Shown piece by piece: positions 10,438 through 20,250 of a stretch of DNA of 64,000 nt. Within the stretch, counting starts at the first letter, position 1. Each line of letters begins with the position of its first letter. The notes below the pieces were generated by a model, which searched no databases, had not been told where the DNA came from, and saw nothing but the letters and a program-made list of their open reading frames with translations. This stretch comes from an uncultured Chloroflexia bacterium (GTDB taxonomy: Bacteria; Chloroflexota; Limnocylindria; Limnocylindrales; CSP1-4): NCBI GenBank assembly GCA_963696405.1, contig CAVOJY010000003.1, positions 262,156-326,155 on the forward strand. The letters run 5' to 3'. The translations under genes were made by a program, and so were the position numbers.

Positions 10438-10514
10438 TGTGGAGAACCTGTGGAGATCGGCGCGGGCGACGTTCGCGGGCCGGTGCAGAACTTCGTGGAC
10501 AACCTCGTGGACAG
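10438..10514. promoter_or_regulatory. Cluster of DnaA-box-like 9-mers
   Basis: TGTGGAGAA (10438), TGTGGAGAT (10449), CGTGGACAA (10494) and CGTGGACAG (10506), compared with TGTGGATAA/TGTGGACAA. Confidence 0.45.
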
Positions 10515-10662
10515 AACCCCTTCCCGAAGCCCGCAGCGGCCCCTAGGATCTGCCGTTGACCGCGCACCTCGGGTGGCTCGCGCTGCAGGAACCGGGGATC
10601 CGCCGAGCGGACAGGTGGTGCGAGGGAGTGGGGTTCTCGGTCCTGGATTCGGGGGTCAGTGC

Positions 10663-10983
10663 ATGGGTTTGCCGGATGCGCGCGGGACGGTCGTGGCGCG
10701 CGAGTCGGCCGGGTCGCACCACGAGGTGGTGACGTCGCCGGACGCGATCGCGTTCGTCCGCTTCTGCTACGAACGCAGGCCGGTGGCCTGGCCCGAGCTT
10801 TACGACGAGATAACGATGGTCGCCTCACGCGGCCTCTTCCGCGGATGGGGTTACGTGGAGCTCGCGGAGCACGGGATCGGCCTCGCGCTCTCCGACCTGC
10901 CGCGGCTCGCTGCGGTGGCCTGCACGCTCGCGCGCCGCGGAGCGCCGGTCGAGGGCGTTCCGACCCCTGAGCCGGGAGGGTAG
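10663..10983 (+). CDS. Hypothetical protein
   Basis: Protein-like segment FVRFCYERRPVAWPELYDEI..RGLFRGWG; start uncertain. Confidence 0.6.
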   Translation: MGLPDARGTVVARESAGSHHEVVTSPDAIAFVRFCYERRPVAWPELYDEITMVASRGLFRGWGYVELAEHGIGLALSDLPRLAAVACTLARRGAPVEGVPTPEPGG

Positions 10984-11054
10984 GGGAGGGCACAGGCCGG
11001 GCGACGCCGGCGCCTGTGGCACGCCGGCCCCCCGGCACCGGGGTCGGTGCCCGG

Positions 11055-11282
11055 TCAGTCGCGGATGCGGCGCCTCGCCAGCTCTCCCTCGATCTGCCGC
11101 TCGGCCTCGACGTACCGATCGATCTCGTCGCGGACCCGGTTCGCCTCCGGCGTGTACAGGTGCACCTGTTGCTGGAGGACGTAGCTGAGTCGACGGCTCG
11201 TCATTCGGGCGTGATCCAGGTTCTTCGCGAGGACCAGCGGATCCATGGCTGCAAGGTCGTCGGGGTGGTACATCTCGCGCAT
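11055..11282 (-). CDS. Small hypothetical helical protein (75 aa)
   Basis: TATACT -10 just upstream of the ATG (leaderless); coding-like composition. Confidence 0.7.
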   Translation of the reverse strand: MREMYHPDDLAAMDPLVLAKNLDHARMTSRRLSYVLQQQVHLYTPEANRVRDEIDRYVEAERQIEGELARRRIRD

Positions 11283-11368
11283 CGGCGCGGAGTATAGCCG
11301 CGGGACCGGCGCGCCCGCCCGAGCCCCTCTGCGCCGCCTCCTTCCGGGGCCACTCTGCCCCGCCCGGT

Positions 11369-12628
11369 CTACCCTCGCCCGGGACCGCGCCGCGGCCAGG
11401 TCCAGTCCACCGGGACGCGCAGGCCGGCGAGCGCGCGCTGCCGGCCCGCTTCCGATGGCGCCACGGCAAGGATGCGGTCGAGCCGGGTTGCGCTCCCCGC
11501 CTCCGAGCCCCAGATCTTCGTCATCTTCCGGTGCGGGGCGATCTCGTCGCTGGCGATGCCCGCGAGCCGATAGCCCTCCGTCTCGGCGCAGGCCTCCCAC
11601 ACGGCGCCCGCAAGGCCCACGCCGCCGCGCACCTGCCGGCCGCGGTCACGCTCGACGTCGCCGATCACCAGGACGACGACGGCGTCCTCGGCCAGGACCG
11701 CCCACAGGTCTCCCAGGACGGCGCGCATGAACGAGAGGTACGCGTCGAGGTGGTGCGCGTCGTCCAGGGCCGCGTCCACCTCGGCCGCCTCGATCCCGAG
11801 GAACCAGAGGCGGAGCCAGTTGAAGGCGCCGTACTTCACGACGCGCAGGTACGGCGGGCTCGTGACCACGAGCCGGGCGCGATCTGGGAGGGCCCTTGAC
11901 CGCAGCGCGGCGCGAGCGCGCGCCGCGGTGTCGCGCGCATCGCCCGCCAGCGCGATGCCGCGTACCGGGGGCGGCGCCTGCCGGAAGAGCCGCCTGACCT
12001 TCGCCTCCAGGGCGTCGAACACGTCGCGGGGTTCGGGCGTGAACCCGGTCCGATCCGCGAAATCGCGGACATAGCCCCGCCCCATGCTGAACGTGTTCGG
12101 CATGACGCCCGACAGGTAGGTAGCACTCTTGCCGTGCAGGATGCCCACGGTCGTCGCCGCAACGAAACGGTCCGCGGGCCGTGCCAGGTCGAGCGTCTCG
12201 CGGAGGAAGAGGAGCTGGGCGAGCGTCCAGGGGTGGAACGCGACCGCGACCTCCGGGGGGACCGCTGCGTCACCGCCGGCCTTGGCGCGCTCCATCCACT
12301 CCGCCGCCTGCGTCCACCACGCCCATCGGAGCTCCACGAGCCTCGTCGCCAGCGCAGACCGGTCGGGCGGGTCGACCTTCGCTGCCGTCAACAGGAAGGC
12401 GAGCGGGTTCAGGTCGTTGCCGACCCCCGTGCGCCCCTCCGCGCAGGCCTGGAGCGGCGTCGTGCCGCGGCCGCTGAATGGGTCGAGGACCACGTCCCCG
12501 GGGCGGCTGTACCTGGCGATGAACGCATGCGCCAGTGCGGCCGGGAACGACGCGAGATACGAGCACATCGGGTGGAACGAGTGGCCCCACAGGCGCTGCT
12601 GCAGCTTCCACTCCGGGGCGATGGGCAA
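11369..12628 (-). CDS. Orphan DNA methyltransferase (N4-cytosine/N6-adenine class)
   Basis: Motif I VLDPFSGRGTT precedes motif IV VTSPPY. Confidence 0.88.
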   Translation of the reverse strand: MPIAPEWKLQQRLWGHSFHPMCSYLASFPAALAHAFIARYSRPGDVVLDPFSGRGTTPLQACAEGRTGVGNDLNPLAFLLTAAKVDPPDRSALATRLVELRWAWWTQAAEWMERAKAGGDAAVPPEVAVAFHPWTLAQLLFLRETLDLARPADRFVAATTVGILHGKSATYLSGVMPNTFSMGRGYVRDFADRTGFTPEPRDVFDALEAKVRRLFRQAPPPVRGIALAGDARDTAARARAALRSRALPDRARLVVTSPPYLRVVKYGAFNWLRLWFLGIEAAEVDAALDDAHHLDAYLSFMRAVLGDLWAVLAEDAVVVLVIGDVERDRGRQVRGGVGLAGAVWEACAETEGYRLAGIASDEIAPHRKMTKIWGSEAGSATRLDRILAVAPSEAGRQRALAGLRVPVDWTWPRRGPGRG

Positions 12629-12831
12629 CCCGGGCAGACCCTCGGCCGGGACGGGAGGGTGCCACGTACGAGTCGAGGCGCGGGACCGGTAAGGGCCGTC
12701 AACCGACGATCACCTCGAGAGCGACCGATTGCGAAGGGACCTGGCGAAGGACGCGGAATTTAGCACCCGCGCTCTCTCCGCGACAGTGGTCGTTCGGACT
12801 ACCGTGGCCGCGGGCGGTACGATTGCGCTGC

Positions 12832-12907
12832 GTCCCCGTAGCTCAGGGGATAGAGCAACCGCCTTCTAAGCGGTGGGTCGCAGGTTCGAATCCTGCCGGG
12901 GACGCCA
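12832..12907 (+). tRNA. tRNA-Arg(TCT)
   Basis: GTCCCCG/CGGGGAC acceptor stem, ACCGC-CTTCTAA-GCGGT anticodon arm, GGTTCGAATCC, CCA. Confidence 0.97.
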
Positions 12908-13057
12908 TTGCAGCCTTTTCGGGCAGCGCCAGGGCCAGGCCGTGCTCGTAGGCCGATGGGCGTGAGGCGAGCCGAGACGATGCGGCGGCCGGCGACGGCG
13001 ATCCGTTCGTAGATGGCGTGCGCGAGTTCGGCCTTGGCCTCCGGCACGTCGGCCCGG
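12908..13057 (-). pseudogene. C-terminal remnant of a putative large serine recombinase
   Basis: RADVPEAKAELAHAIYERIAVAGRRIVSARLTP, a frameshift, then SAYEHGLALALPEKAAMASPAGFEPA reading into the tRNA antisense strand. Confidence 0.55.
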
Positions 13058-13147
13058 TCGAGGCAGGAACGGATCGCGGGACCTTGATCGAAGCGGCGTT
13101 GGACACCGGAGTGAGATTGCGCCATCCTAGTCGCGGGTGAAGGAGGA

Positions 13148-14062
13148 TTGCCCACGATGCGACGGCCCCTTGCGTTTCTGCTCGCCGCCGGGTTGCTCAC
13201 GGCGGCGTGCACTTCGAGTTCCACGGTCGCACCGCAGCCCACAGCCACGGCGTCCGCCCCAGCGGCGTCGCAGCCTGGCGGGGCCGAAGCGGGCCTTGTC
13301 CTGGCGACCACGACGAGCACGCAGGACTCGGGCCTGCTTGACGTCCTGGTGCCGGCCTTCGAGAAAGCCTCGGGCAGTACGGTCAACGTGGTGGCCGTCG
13401 GCGGCGGCGAGGCCCTGACGATGGGCCGGGAGTGCAAGGCCGATGTGCTGCTCGTGCACTCCCCGGCGTCCGAGACGGACTTCATGAACGGTGGCTACGG
13501 GGTCGACCGGCGGCTCGTCATGCACAACGACTTCCTGATCGTGGGACCCCCCAATGATCCCGCCGGGATCAAGGGCATGTCGTCGGCGGTCGCCGCGCTC
13601 AAGCAGATCGCCTACGTGCCGATGGCGTTCATCTCGCCTGACGACAAGTCCGGCGCGTGGAACGCCGTCGAGCTGGCGCTCTGGTCCAGGGCAGGGGTCA
13701 TGCCCGGGGGGGCGTGGTACCAGAAGAGCCCCCAGGGCCCGGCTGGCACTCTCCCCGTCGCCTCCGAGAAGGGCGCCTACACGCTGAGCGACCGGGCCGC
13801 GTACGTCATCCAGAAGGACAAGCTGGCACTCGAGGTGATGGTCGAGAAAGACCCTGCCCTCCTGAACGTCTACCACGTGATCTCGGTCAGTCCCGCCAAG
13901 TGCCCGAACGTCGACGCAGCTGGGGCAAAGGCGTTTGCCGACTACGTGACGTCAGCCGATGCCCAGGCCCTCATCGGCTCCTACGGCCTCGACAAGTACG
14001 GCCAGCCCCTGTTCTTCCCCGACGCGGGCAAGACGGACGAGCAGCTCACGCAGGGTTCGTAG
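13148..14062 (+). CDS. TupA-like tungstate/oxyanion-binding lipoprotein (orphan)
   Basis: LATTTSTQDSGLL, ADVLLVHSP, MHNDFLIVGP, LLNVYHVI; lipobox. Confidence 0.85.
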   Translation: MPTMRRPLAFLLAAGLLTAACTSSSTVAPQPTATASAPAASQPGGAEAGLVLATTTSTQDSGLLDVLVPAFEKASGSTVNVVAVGGGEALTMGRECKADVLLVHSPASETDFMNGGYGVDRRLVMHNDFLIVGPPNDPAGIKGMSSAVAALKQIAYVPMAFISPDDKSGAWNAVELALWSRAGVMPGGAWYQKSPQGPAGTLPVASEKGAYTLSDRAAYVIQKDKLALEVMVEKDPALLNVYHVISVSPAKCPNVDAAGAKAFADYVTSADAQALIGSYGLDKYGQPLFFPDAGKTDEQLTQGS

Positions 14063-14244
14063 ACAGTACGGCCCCATCGCCAGCCGTGTGGTTGCGGTGA
14101 GCCTCACCAGCACAGGATGATGCCGCCGGTCTGTGCTTCTGGTCCAACAGGCGGAGTTCAATCGTCTGGAACCGAAGCGCAGGCGAGGGCGACCTGTGGC
14201 GGGAGCGGCTCCCCATTGCGCCTACGAGAGCAGGGCCACGATGC

Positions 14245-14404
14245 TCAGGCCACGCGTGAAGTGATAACACGCCGGCGCGTCGCGATGGCGATCGCCTGGG
14301 CTGTCGAGCAGGCGCCGAGCTTGCGGCGCGCCGAGGCCAGGTGCTGCTCCACGGTCGTCGGCGAGACGTCCAGCACGCCGGCGATCTCCTGGTCGCCGAG
14401 TCGC
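14245..14404 (-). pseudogene. LuxR-type HTH C-terminal fragment
   Basis: Translates as DQEIAGVLDVSPTTVEQHLASARRKLGACSTAQAIAIATRR*; no start codon, abuts the stop of the upstream gene. Confidence 0.65.
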
Positions 14405-14779
14405 TCAGGCAGCTGTAGAGACCCATGTCCATGCGTACCAGACGGTCAAGGCGTTGAAGGCGAAGCTCACGATGATCAGGAAGTTGTCGTAGAGGCCTTT
14501 GTAAGGCAAGCCAAAGAGATTGAAGACAACGACGAGCACGGCGACGACGATGTTGATCCAGCCGATTGCGGGATACGGCAACGTCAGGGACAGGACGACC
14601 ATGACGATCGGGATCAGCATGATCACTGCGATCCCCAGCCACGTTCCCCGGCTCGCTTTGCGGCCCCCGAGCTCGCCCGGTGTTATGTCGCCGGCGAACA
14701 CGCGCAAGACATCGCCCAGGAGGTAGGTCAGCATCACAGCCACCCATAGCCCTGAGAGGATGATCCTCACATCCGTCAT
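14405..14779 (-). CDS. Small membrane protein (DUF6326-like)
   Basis: Four hydrophobic segments; LSGLWVAVMLTYLLGDVL. Confidence 0.7.
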   Translation of the reverse strand: MTDVRIILSGLWVAVMLTYLLGDVLRVFAGDITPGELGGRKASRGTWLGIAVIMLIPIVMVVLSLTLPYPAIGWINIVVAVLVVVFNLFGLPYKGLYDNFLIIVSFAFNALTVWYAWTWVSTAA

Positions 14780-14783
14780 GATC

Positions 14784-15788
14784 TCAGTTGCCTCGTTCCT
14801 GAGCCTCGTTCTGCTCAATCGTGATGATGACCTTTCCTCGGGCGTGCCCGGCTCCGTAGTAGCTCAGAGCCTCGGCGACCTCGTTCAGCGGATACGTTCT
14901 GTCGATGACCGGGGTGACCTTCCCGGACTCGATGAGTTCCTTCAGCACTACGAGGTCCTCACGTTTCTCGGTGGATGCAAACGGGCGGAGCCTCTGGGAC
15001 ACGAACGGTGACACCACGAGCGCCTGAACCGCGCGGCGCAGGAAACCTCCCACCCAACGACCGCTGCCCTTGTTGCTGTTGGGTATGAGCATGCCTTTGC
15101 GAGTAAGGGCCCGCCTGAGCTCCGACAACGTCCGGTTCCCCACATTGTCGAAGATCAGGTCGTACTGCTGCCCATTCCTGGTGAAGTCCTCCTGGGTGTA
15201 GTCGATCACATGGTCGGCGCCGATCGAACGAACCAGGTCCACGTTCGTTGTGCTGCATACGCCGGTCACGTCTGCTCCAAAGGTCTTGGCGATCTGCACG
15301 GCGAACGTGCCGACACCTCCGGACGCACCATTGATCAGAACCTTCTGGCCTGGCTGAACCCGTCCGACGTCGCGGAGCGCCTGCAGTGCGGTGGTCCCCG
15401 CCACCGGTACAGCCGCCGCCTGCTCGAACGTCAGGTTGGAGGGCTTCGGCGCCAATGCGTCTCTTGGCACGCAGGCGTACTCGGCGAAGCCTCCCTTGCC
15501 GATTCCGGCGTAGACCTCATCACCGGGTCTGAACTCCGACACGTTGCTGCCGACCGCTTCAACCCGCCCGGCGATCGCGAGGCCAAGAACCTTGTTCCTT
15601 GGTCTGCGGAGTCCAGTTGTGAGACGGAGAACGTACGGCGTTCCATGCATCACGTCCCAGTCACCAGGATTGACCGCAGCCCCGAGAACCCGCACCAGCA
15701 CCTCATCGCCTCTGGTGACCGGGGTATCGACGTCTTCGAGCTCGAGAACACCGGGTGGGCCGTACTCGTGATTGACGATCGCCTTCAT
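14784..15788 (-). CDS. NAD(P)-dependent MDR / quinone oxidoreductase-like protein
   Basis: YGPPGVL, VNPGD, INGASGGVG, GKVTPVID. Confidence 0.9.
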   Translation of the reverse strand: MKAIVNHEYGPPGVLELEDVDTPVTRGDEVLVRVLGAAVNPGDWDVMHGTPYVLRLTTGLRRPRNKVLGLAIAGRVEAVGSNVSEFRPGDEVYAGIGKGGFAEYACVPRDALAPKPSNLTFEQAAAVPVAGTTALQALRDVGRVQPGQKVLINGASGGVGTFAVQIAKTFGADVTGVCSTTNVDLVRSIGADHVIDYTQEDFTRNGQQYDLIFDNVGNRTLSELRRALTRKGMLIPNSNKGSGRWVGGFLRRAVQALVVSPFVSQRLRPFASTEKREDLVVLKELIESGKVTPVIDRTYPLNEVAEALSYYGAGHARGKVIITIEQNEAQERGN

Positions 15789-15900
15789 ACATCCCTCCTG
15801 AGGCTGCGGTCCCAACAGTACTTGACCTCGGCGTGCGGTTGGAGTCAGGGAGGCGCCAGCCCTCTCGAGTCAACGTCCCGAGAGTGGGGCACGAGGACCC

Positions 15901-16374
15901 CTACTCGGGTCGGGGCGACAGGATGACGACCGCGGTCTCCCGTGACCGACGCGCGGCAACGGCATCGAGATCGAAATCCTTGTCGTACTTGGCCCACCTG
16001 GCCCACAGGCGCGGTCGCTCGTCCGGGTTCGCGGCACGTGCGTGGACGGCGCGCGACCCGCCGGGCAGATCGACGGTGGCGTCGGGATTCGCCTGAAGGT
16101 TGAGCCACCAGGCGGGCTCGGCATCGGCCCAGCCGTTCATGGCCATGGTGACCAGGTCGGGACCGTCCTCGAAGTAGGCGACGATGGCCTTTCGCTCCTC
16201 ACCGCTGCGGCGCCCGACCGTCCGCAGGCGCAGCATGCCCTGGTGGTCGGCCGTGGCGGTCCGGAGGCCGAACCGGCCGCCGGTGACCGAATAGACGGCG
16301 CGCTGCACCACCCAGAACGTGCGTATGAACCAGCGCGGCGGCAGAGACGTTGACTTCTTCGACGGTTCTGACAT
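15901..16374 (-). CDS. Deazaflavin (F420)-dependent nitroreductase family protein
   Basis: LRTVGRRSGEER and PAWWLNLQANP. Confidence 0.85.
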   Translation of the reverse strand: MSEPSKKSTSLPPRWFIRTFWVVQRAVYSVTGGRFGLRTATADHQGMLRLRTVGRRSGEERKAIVAYFEDGPDLVTMAMNGWADAEPAWWLNLQANPDATVDLPGGSRAVHARAANPDERPRLWARWAKYDKDFDLDAVAARRSRETAVVILSPRPE

Positions 16375-16538
16375 GGTGTGCTCCCGATCGGTGTAGGGGT
16401 GGTTGTGGCGTGCGGCAGAGGCCGGGGCTGACGGTCGGCCGATTATCGCTGGTTCGTCCGGGTATACGGGGGCCGCCCTCACGAGAGACCTCGCCTCTCA
16501 CCTGTGGGCACGCGGCGGCAAGGAAGGCGAAACCCGTT

Positions 16539-16733
16539 TCAGTGGGGCTCCAAAGCCGGCACGACCAGCCAGCCCGCGGCTCGTCCGGCGTAGATCAGCT
16601 GCTCGGTGGTAAGCCCCGACCGCGCACGCAGATCGGCGAGGTGACGCTTCGCCGTGCTCGGCCGGATGCCCACCAGCTGGGCCGCGTTCTGGACCGACCC
16701 ACCGGCGGCGACGTAGGCGGCGAGGACGTCCAT
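16539..16733 (-). CDS. Small LuxR-like HTH protein, possibly truncated
   Basis: AAQLVGIRPSTAKRHLADLRARSG HTH pattern. Confidence 0.55.
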   Translation of the reverse strand: MDVLAAYVAAGGSVQNAAQLVGIRPSTAKRHLADLRARSGLTTEQLIYAGRAAGWLVVPALEPH

Positions 16734-16926
16734 CTGGCGCTGCGTGGCCTGCGGCGAGCGCCCACGCTGCCGAAGGCGGTGTTGGTGCCTGAGGCCGCGA
16801 CCCCGCCGGGATCGGCGTGCTGTCCCACCACGGCCGCAGTGCCCGCATAGGCGCCTGGCGACCTCGGGATCCGTCTCAGTGTCCGGCTCCGGGGCAGCTC
16901 GCTGTGGGGAACGCTACTCTGTCGAG

Positions 16927-17814
16927 GTGAGCGAGCCCGACCTGCGGACGAACCCCGACGCGTTGCCCGATGCCGCTCCACCGCGGATCGTTCGTCACTG
17001 CATCAACGGCACGACCCTCTACGCGGAGGTCCGAGGCTCCGGTCCGGCGATCCTCCTGATCCACGGCGGCGGCGAGGACGCCGAGGAGTGGCGCCCGATC
17101 GCGGAGCGCCTGGCCGGCTTCACCGTCGTGACCTACGATCGCCGGGGAACACTCCGCAGCGGCCGGGAGGACTGGCCGGGCAGGGGCTCCGTGCAGCACG
17201 CTGATGATGCCGCCGGGCTCCTCGCCGCGCTCGGCCTCCGCGATGTCCTTGTGTTCGGGGGAAGCTCGGCTGGAATCGTGGGGGTGCAACTGGCACTCCG
17301 CCATCCGACCGTGATCCGCCGTGCTCTCGTCTTCGAGCCGGGGTACTTCCGGAACGTCCCCGGCGGCGAGGCACTCCAACAGTCGGTAGGTAAGGTCGTG
17401 GCCGGGCACCTTGTCACCCACCAGGGCGACTGGGTGGGAGCGATGGCCGCGTTCGGCCGCGCTGTGGCTGGGGGACCAGCCGCCGCTCCCCAGGGCTTCC
17501 TGACTCCGCCGAAGGGGAAGGAGTGGTACGCGGCGCGGGAGAAGGGTAACGCCGAGGCGCTCATGCGCGACGACATTCCCATCCTGACCCGAGAACTGCT
17601 CGATGAGGCCGAGCTCGCATCTGCCCGTAGCGACATCCGTTTCTCGTTCGGAACAACCTCGCTTCCGCTTTTCCGAGAGATCGCCACCCACCTGGCCGCT
17701 GTTCGCAACACCGCCGCTGACCGCATCGACGGAGTCGGTCACGGCATCTACTTCCAGCCCGACGTGGCAGCCGCATACATTCGGGCTCGCAGTGCGGAGG
17801 GATGGCCCGACTGA
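16927..17814 (+). CDS. Alpha/beta hydrolase
   Basis: LLIHGGG, YDRRG, GSSAG nucleophile, GH near the C-terminus. Confidence 0.85.
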   Translation: MSEPDLRTNPDALPDAAPPRIVRHCINGTTLYAEVRGSGPAILLIHGGGEDAEEWRPIAERLAGFTVVTYDRRGTLRSGREDWPGRGSVQHADDAAGLLAALGLRDVLVFGGSSAGIVGVQLALRHPTVIRRALVFEPGYFRNVPGGEALQQSVGKVVAGHLVTHQGDWVGAMAAFGRAVAGGPAAAPQGFLTPPKGKEWYAAREKGNAEALMRDDIPILTRELLDEAELASARSDIRFSFGTTSLPLFREIATHLAAVRNTAADRIDGVGHGIYFQPDVAAAYIRARSAEGWPD

Positions 17815-17979
17815 GTCCTCGGCGAGATCTCGTGCGGGACGGACACCAGGACGGCGCCTCTTCGGGCGAGGTCGCTCAGGCCGGGTCACGCGCGAGCGCG
17901 CCGGCGATGGAGTCTCTATCCCTGCTGGTGTGACCCGCGAGGCAGCGCCGACCGAGGGGGGCTTTGTGCGGCGCGATCC

Positions 17980-18008
17980 TTGACACGCAGAGGGGGCCGG
18001 GGTACCTT
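17980..18008 (+). promoter_or_regulatory. Sigma70-type promoter for the FAD oxidoreductase
   Basis: TTGACA-N17-TACCTT. Confidence 0.65.
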
Positions 18009-18046
18009 GCACGGCTTTCGCGCGCGGTCAGAAAGAGAGGTGCCCC

Positions 18047-19459
18047 ATGCAACCGACGGCTGCATCGAGCCAGGCCGTGGATCCGGTACTGGTGGGCGCG
18101 CTTCGCGAACGCCTCGCCGGTTCCATCCTTCTGCCCACCGACCCGGCCTACGAGGACGCCCGCCGCGTCTGGAACGGGACCATCGACCGACGACCCGCAC
18201 TGATTGCCCGCTGCGCAGGCGTCGCCGACGTGATGGCGGGCGTCGAGTTCGCCCGGCAACGGGGTCTGCCGCTCTCGGTGCGCGGAGGCGGGCACAACGT
18301 TGCCGGTACGGCCCTGGTCGATGGGGGCCTGGTCCTCGACCTGTCACCGATGAAGGACATCCGGGTCGATCCGGCGGCGCGACGCGTCCATGCACAGGCT
18401 GGCGTGACGATCGGCGAGCTCGACCACGAGACGCAGGCCTACGGCCTCGCTGCCCCCCTCGGCGTGGTCACCGACACGGGCATCGCCGGCCTCACACTCC
18501 ACGGCGGGTTGGGCTGGCTGCGCCGCCGACACGGACTCAGCTGCGACGCCCTGCGCTCAGTGGATCTCGTCACCGCCGACGGCATCCCGCTCCACGCGAG
18601 TCCGGACGAGAACTCCGATCTCTTCTGGGCCGTACGCGGCGGGGGTGGGGGGTTCGGGACGGTGACCGATTTCGAGTACGAGCTCCACGACGTCGGCCCC
18701 GAGGTCTTCTTCGTGGCGGTCTTCTACCCCCGGTCTGTCGCCGCGGGCGTGCTGCGTTTCCTCCGCGACTACATGGCCGGGGCCCCGGACGACTTCAGCC
18801 CGATCGCCGTCGTCACCCATGTTCCGGAACTCGAGTTCATCCCCGCCGAGCACCACGGGCAGCCCTGCGTGGCGATCGCCGGTCCCTACGTCGGCGGGAT
18901 CGCGACTGGGGAGCGCGAGGTCGCGCCACTACGGAAGCTCGGCACGCCGATCGCTGACCTCAGTGGCCCACTCCCCTGGGTAGAGGTCCAGCGCTTCTTC
19001 GATGAGGACTATCCGGCTGGCGGCCGCTACTACTGGAAATCCATCAACCTCGCAGGCCTGCGGGAGGACGCCGTCGAGCGGCTGCTCGAACTGAACGACG
19101 CGGCACCGTCGGCCGCATCGACCCTCGATGTCTGGTTCCTGGGGGGCGCGATGGGCCGGGTTGCGTCCGACGCGACCGCGTTCGGGAGCCGGGCCCATCC
19201 CATCCTGGTGGGCGTCGAGGCAAACTGGCGGTCGCCGGCCGACGATGACACGAACATCGCCTGGGCGCGGAGGGCGATTGATGCCCTACGGCCCTTCTCA
19301 CTGGGCGGTCTCTACCTGAACTTCCCCGGCCTCCATGAAGAGGGCGACCAGATGCTCCGCGAGAGCTACGGCCCGAACTATGCTCGCCTCGCCGGCCTCA
19401 AGCAGACCTGGGATCCCGGCGGCCTGTTCGGCGGCGCCTTCGTCGGCCAGGTGGCCTGA
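18047..19459 (+). CDS. FAD-binding oxidoreductase (VAO/BBE family)
   Basis: RGGGHN covalent-FAD motif, LFWAVRGGGG, YLNF..YGPNYARL..K..WDP. Confidence 0.92.
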   Translation: MQPTAASSQAVDPVLVGALRERLAGSILLPTDPAYEDARRVWNGTIDRRPALIARCAGVADVMAGVEFARQRGLPLSVRGGGHNVAGTALVDGGLVLDLSPMKDIRVDPAARRVHAQAGVTIGELDHETQAYGLAAPLGVVTDTGIAGLTLHGGLGWLRRRHGLSCDALRSVDLVTADGIPLHASPDENSDLFWAVRGGGGGFGTVTDFEYELHDVGPEVFFVAVFYPRSVAAGVLRFLRDYMAGAPDDFSPIAVVTHVPELEFIPAEHHGQPCVAIAGPYVGGIATGEREVAPLRKLGTPIADLSGPLPWVEVQRFFDEDYPAGGRYYWKSINLAGLREDAVERLLELNDAAPSAASTLDVWFLGGAMGRVASDATAFGSRAHPILVGVEANWRSPADDDTNIAWARRAIDALRPFSLGGLYLNFPGLHEEGDQMLRESYGPNYARLAGLKQTWDPGGLFGGAFVGQVA

Positions 19460-19580
19460 TCAGGCGTCCACACTCCGACCGGCTCGGCCGCCGCACCCAC
19501 AACAAGACTCGACGCCTGTCCCGCAGCGACGACGAGCAACAATCCGGCCGATGGGCAACTACCCACCAAAGGAGACTGGC

Positions 19581-19946
19581 ATGGCCGCACGACGCAGCGT
19601 CGAGGACTACCTGGCCGCGCTTCCAGAGTCAACGCGCGTCGCCCTGGAGGAGCTTCGCAGGACGATCAAGGCTGCCGCGCCCGAGGCGACAGAAACGATC
19701 AGCTACGAGATCCCGACGTTCAAAGACCGCGGTCGGATGCTCGTGTCCTATGCCGCCTTCAAGGACCACTGCAGCCTCTTCCCCGCGAGCACGGTGGTCG
19801 TCGAGGCACTGGGGGCAGAGCTGAAGCCCTACCTTACCGGGAGGGCAACGATCCGTTTCCAGGCAGGCAAGCCGATCCCCACCGCACTCGTCACCAATAT
19901 CGTCAGGGCGCGGCTCGAGGAGAACGCAGCAGCGAGACGTCGTTGA
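19581..19946 (+). CDS. DUF1801/YdhG-like protein
   Basis: VEDYLA, ETISYEIPTF, AAFKDHCSLFP; AAGGAG RBS. Confidence 0.85.
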   Translation: MAARRSVEDYLAALPESTRVALEELRRTIKAAAPEATETISYEIPTFKDRGRMLVSYAAFKDHCSLFPASTVVVEALGAELKPYLTGRATIRFQAGKPIPTALVTNIVRARLEENAAARRR

Positions 19947-20250
19947 TGGCCGAGGTTGCTGGTACCCCGTCCCCGACGGTGCTCCGAAGGTGATAGCCGT
20001 GCCGTTCGACTTCGACCCCGACGGTGCGGCGGGCCAGTTCGTCGCGTTGTTCGTCACCGCGGCCCGAGCGTAGTTGCCCGGGCCAATGCGGAACGCCGGA
20101 CTCAGCGCGGCCCTCAATTGGGATTTGGTAGCGTGCAGAGGCGTATCCGAATCCTGCCGGGCGGCCACCATAACGTCCGGAAGGCGTGAATGTGATCGCT
20201 TCCCGCTCGAGGTACGCGACGGACTGCCGATAGTCTGACTGGAGGGTGCC

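Larger units (their letters stand above)
12887..20161. mobile_element. Decayed genomic island integrated at tRNA-Arg
   Basis: 14-bp direct repeat CGAATCCTGCCGGG at 12887-12900 (tRNA 3' part) and 20148-20161; recombinase-like tail next to the tRNA; internal gene fragments. Confidence 0.65.

Noticed and set aside
20140-20170. A third tRNA gene
   Set aside because: Only a 3' fragment is present, with no D arm or anticodon arm; treated as an att repeat.
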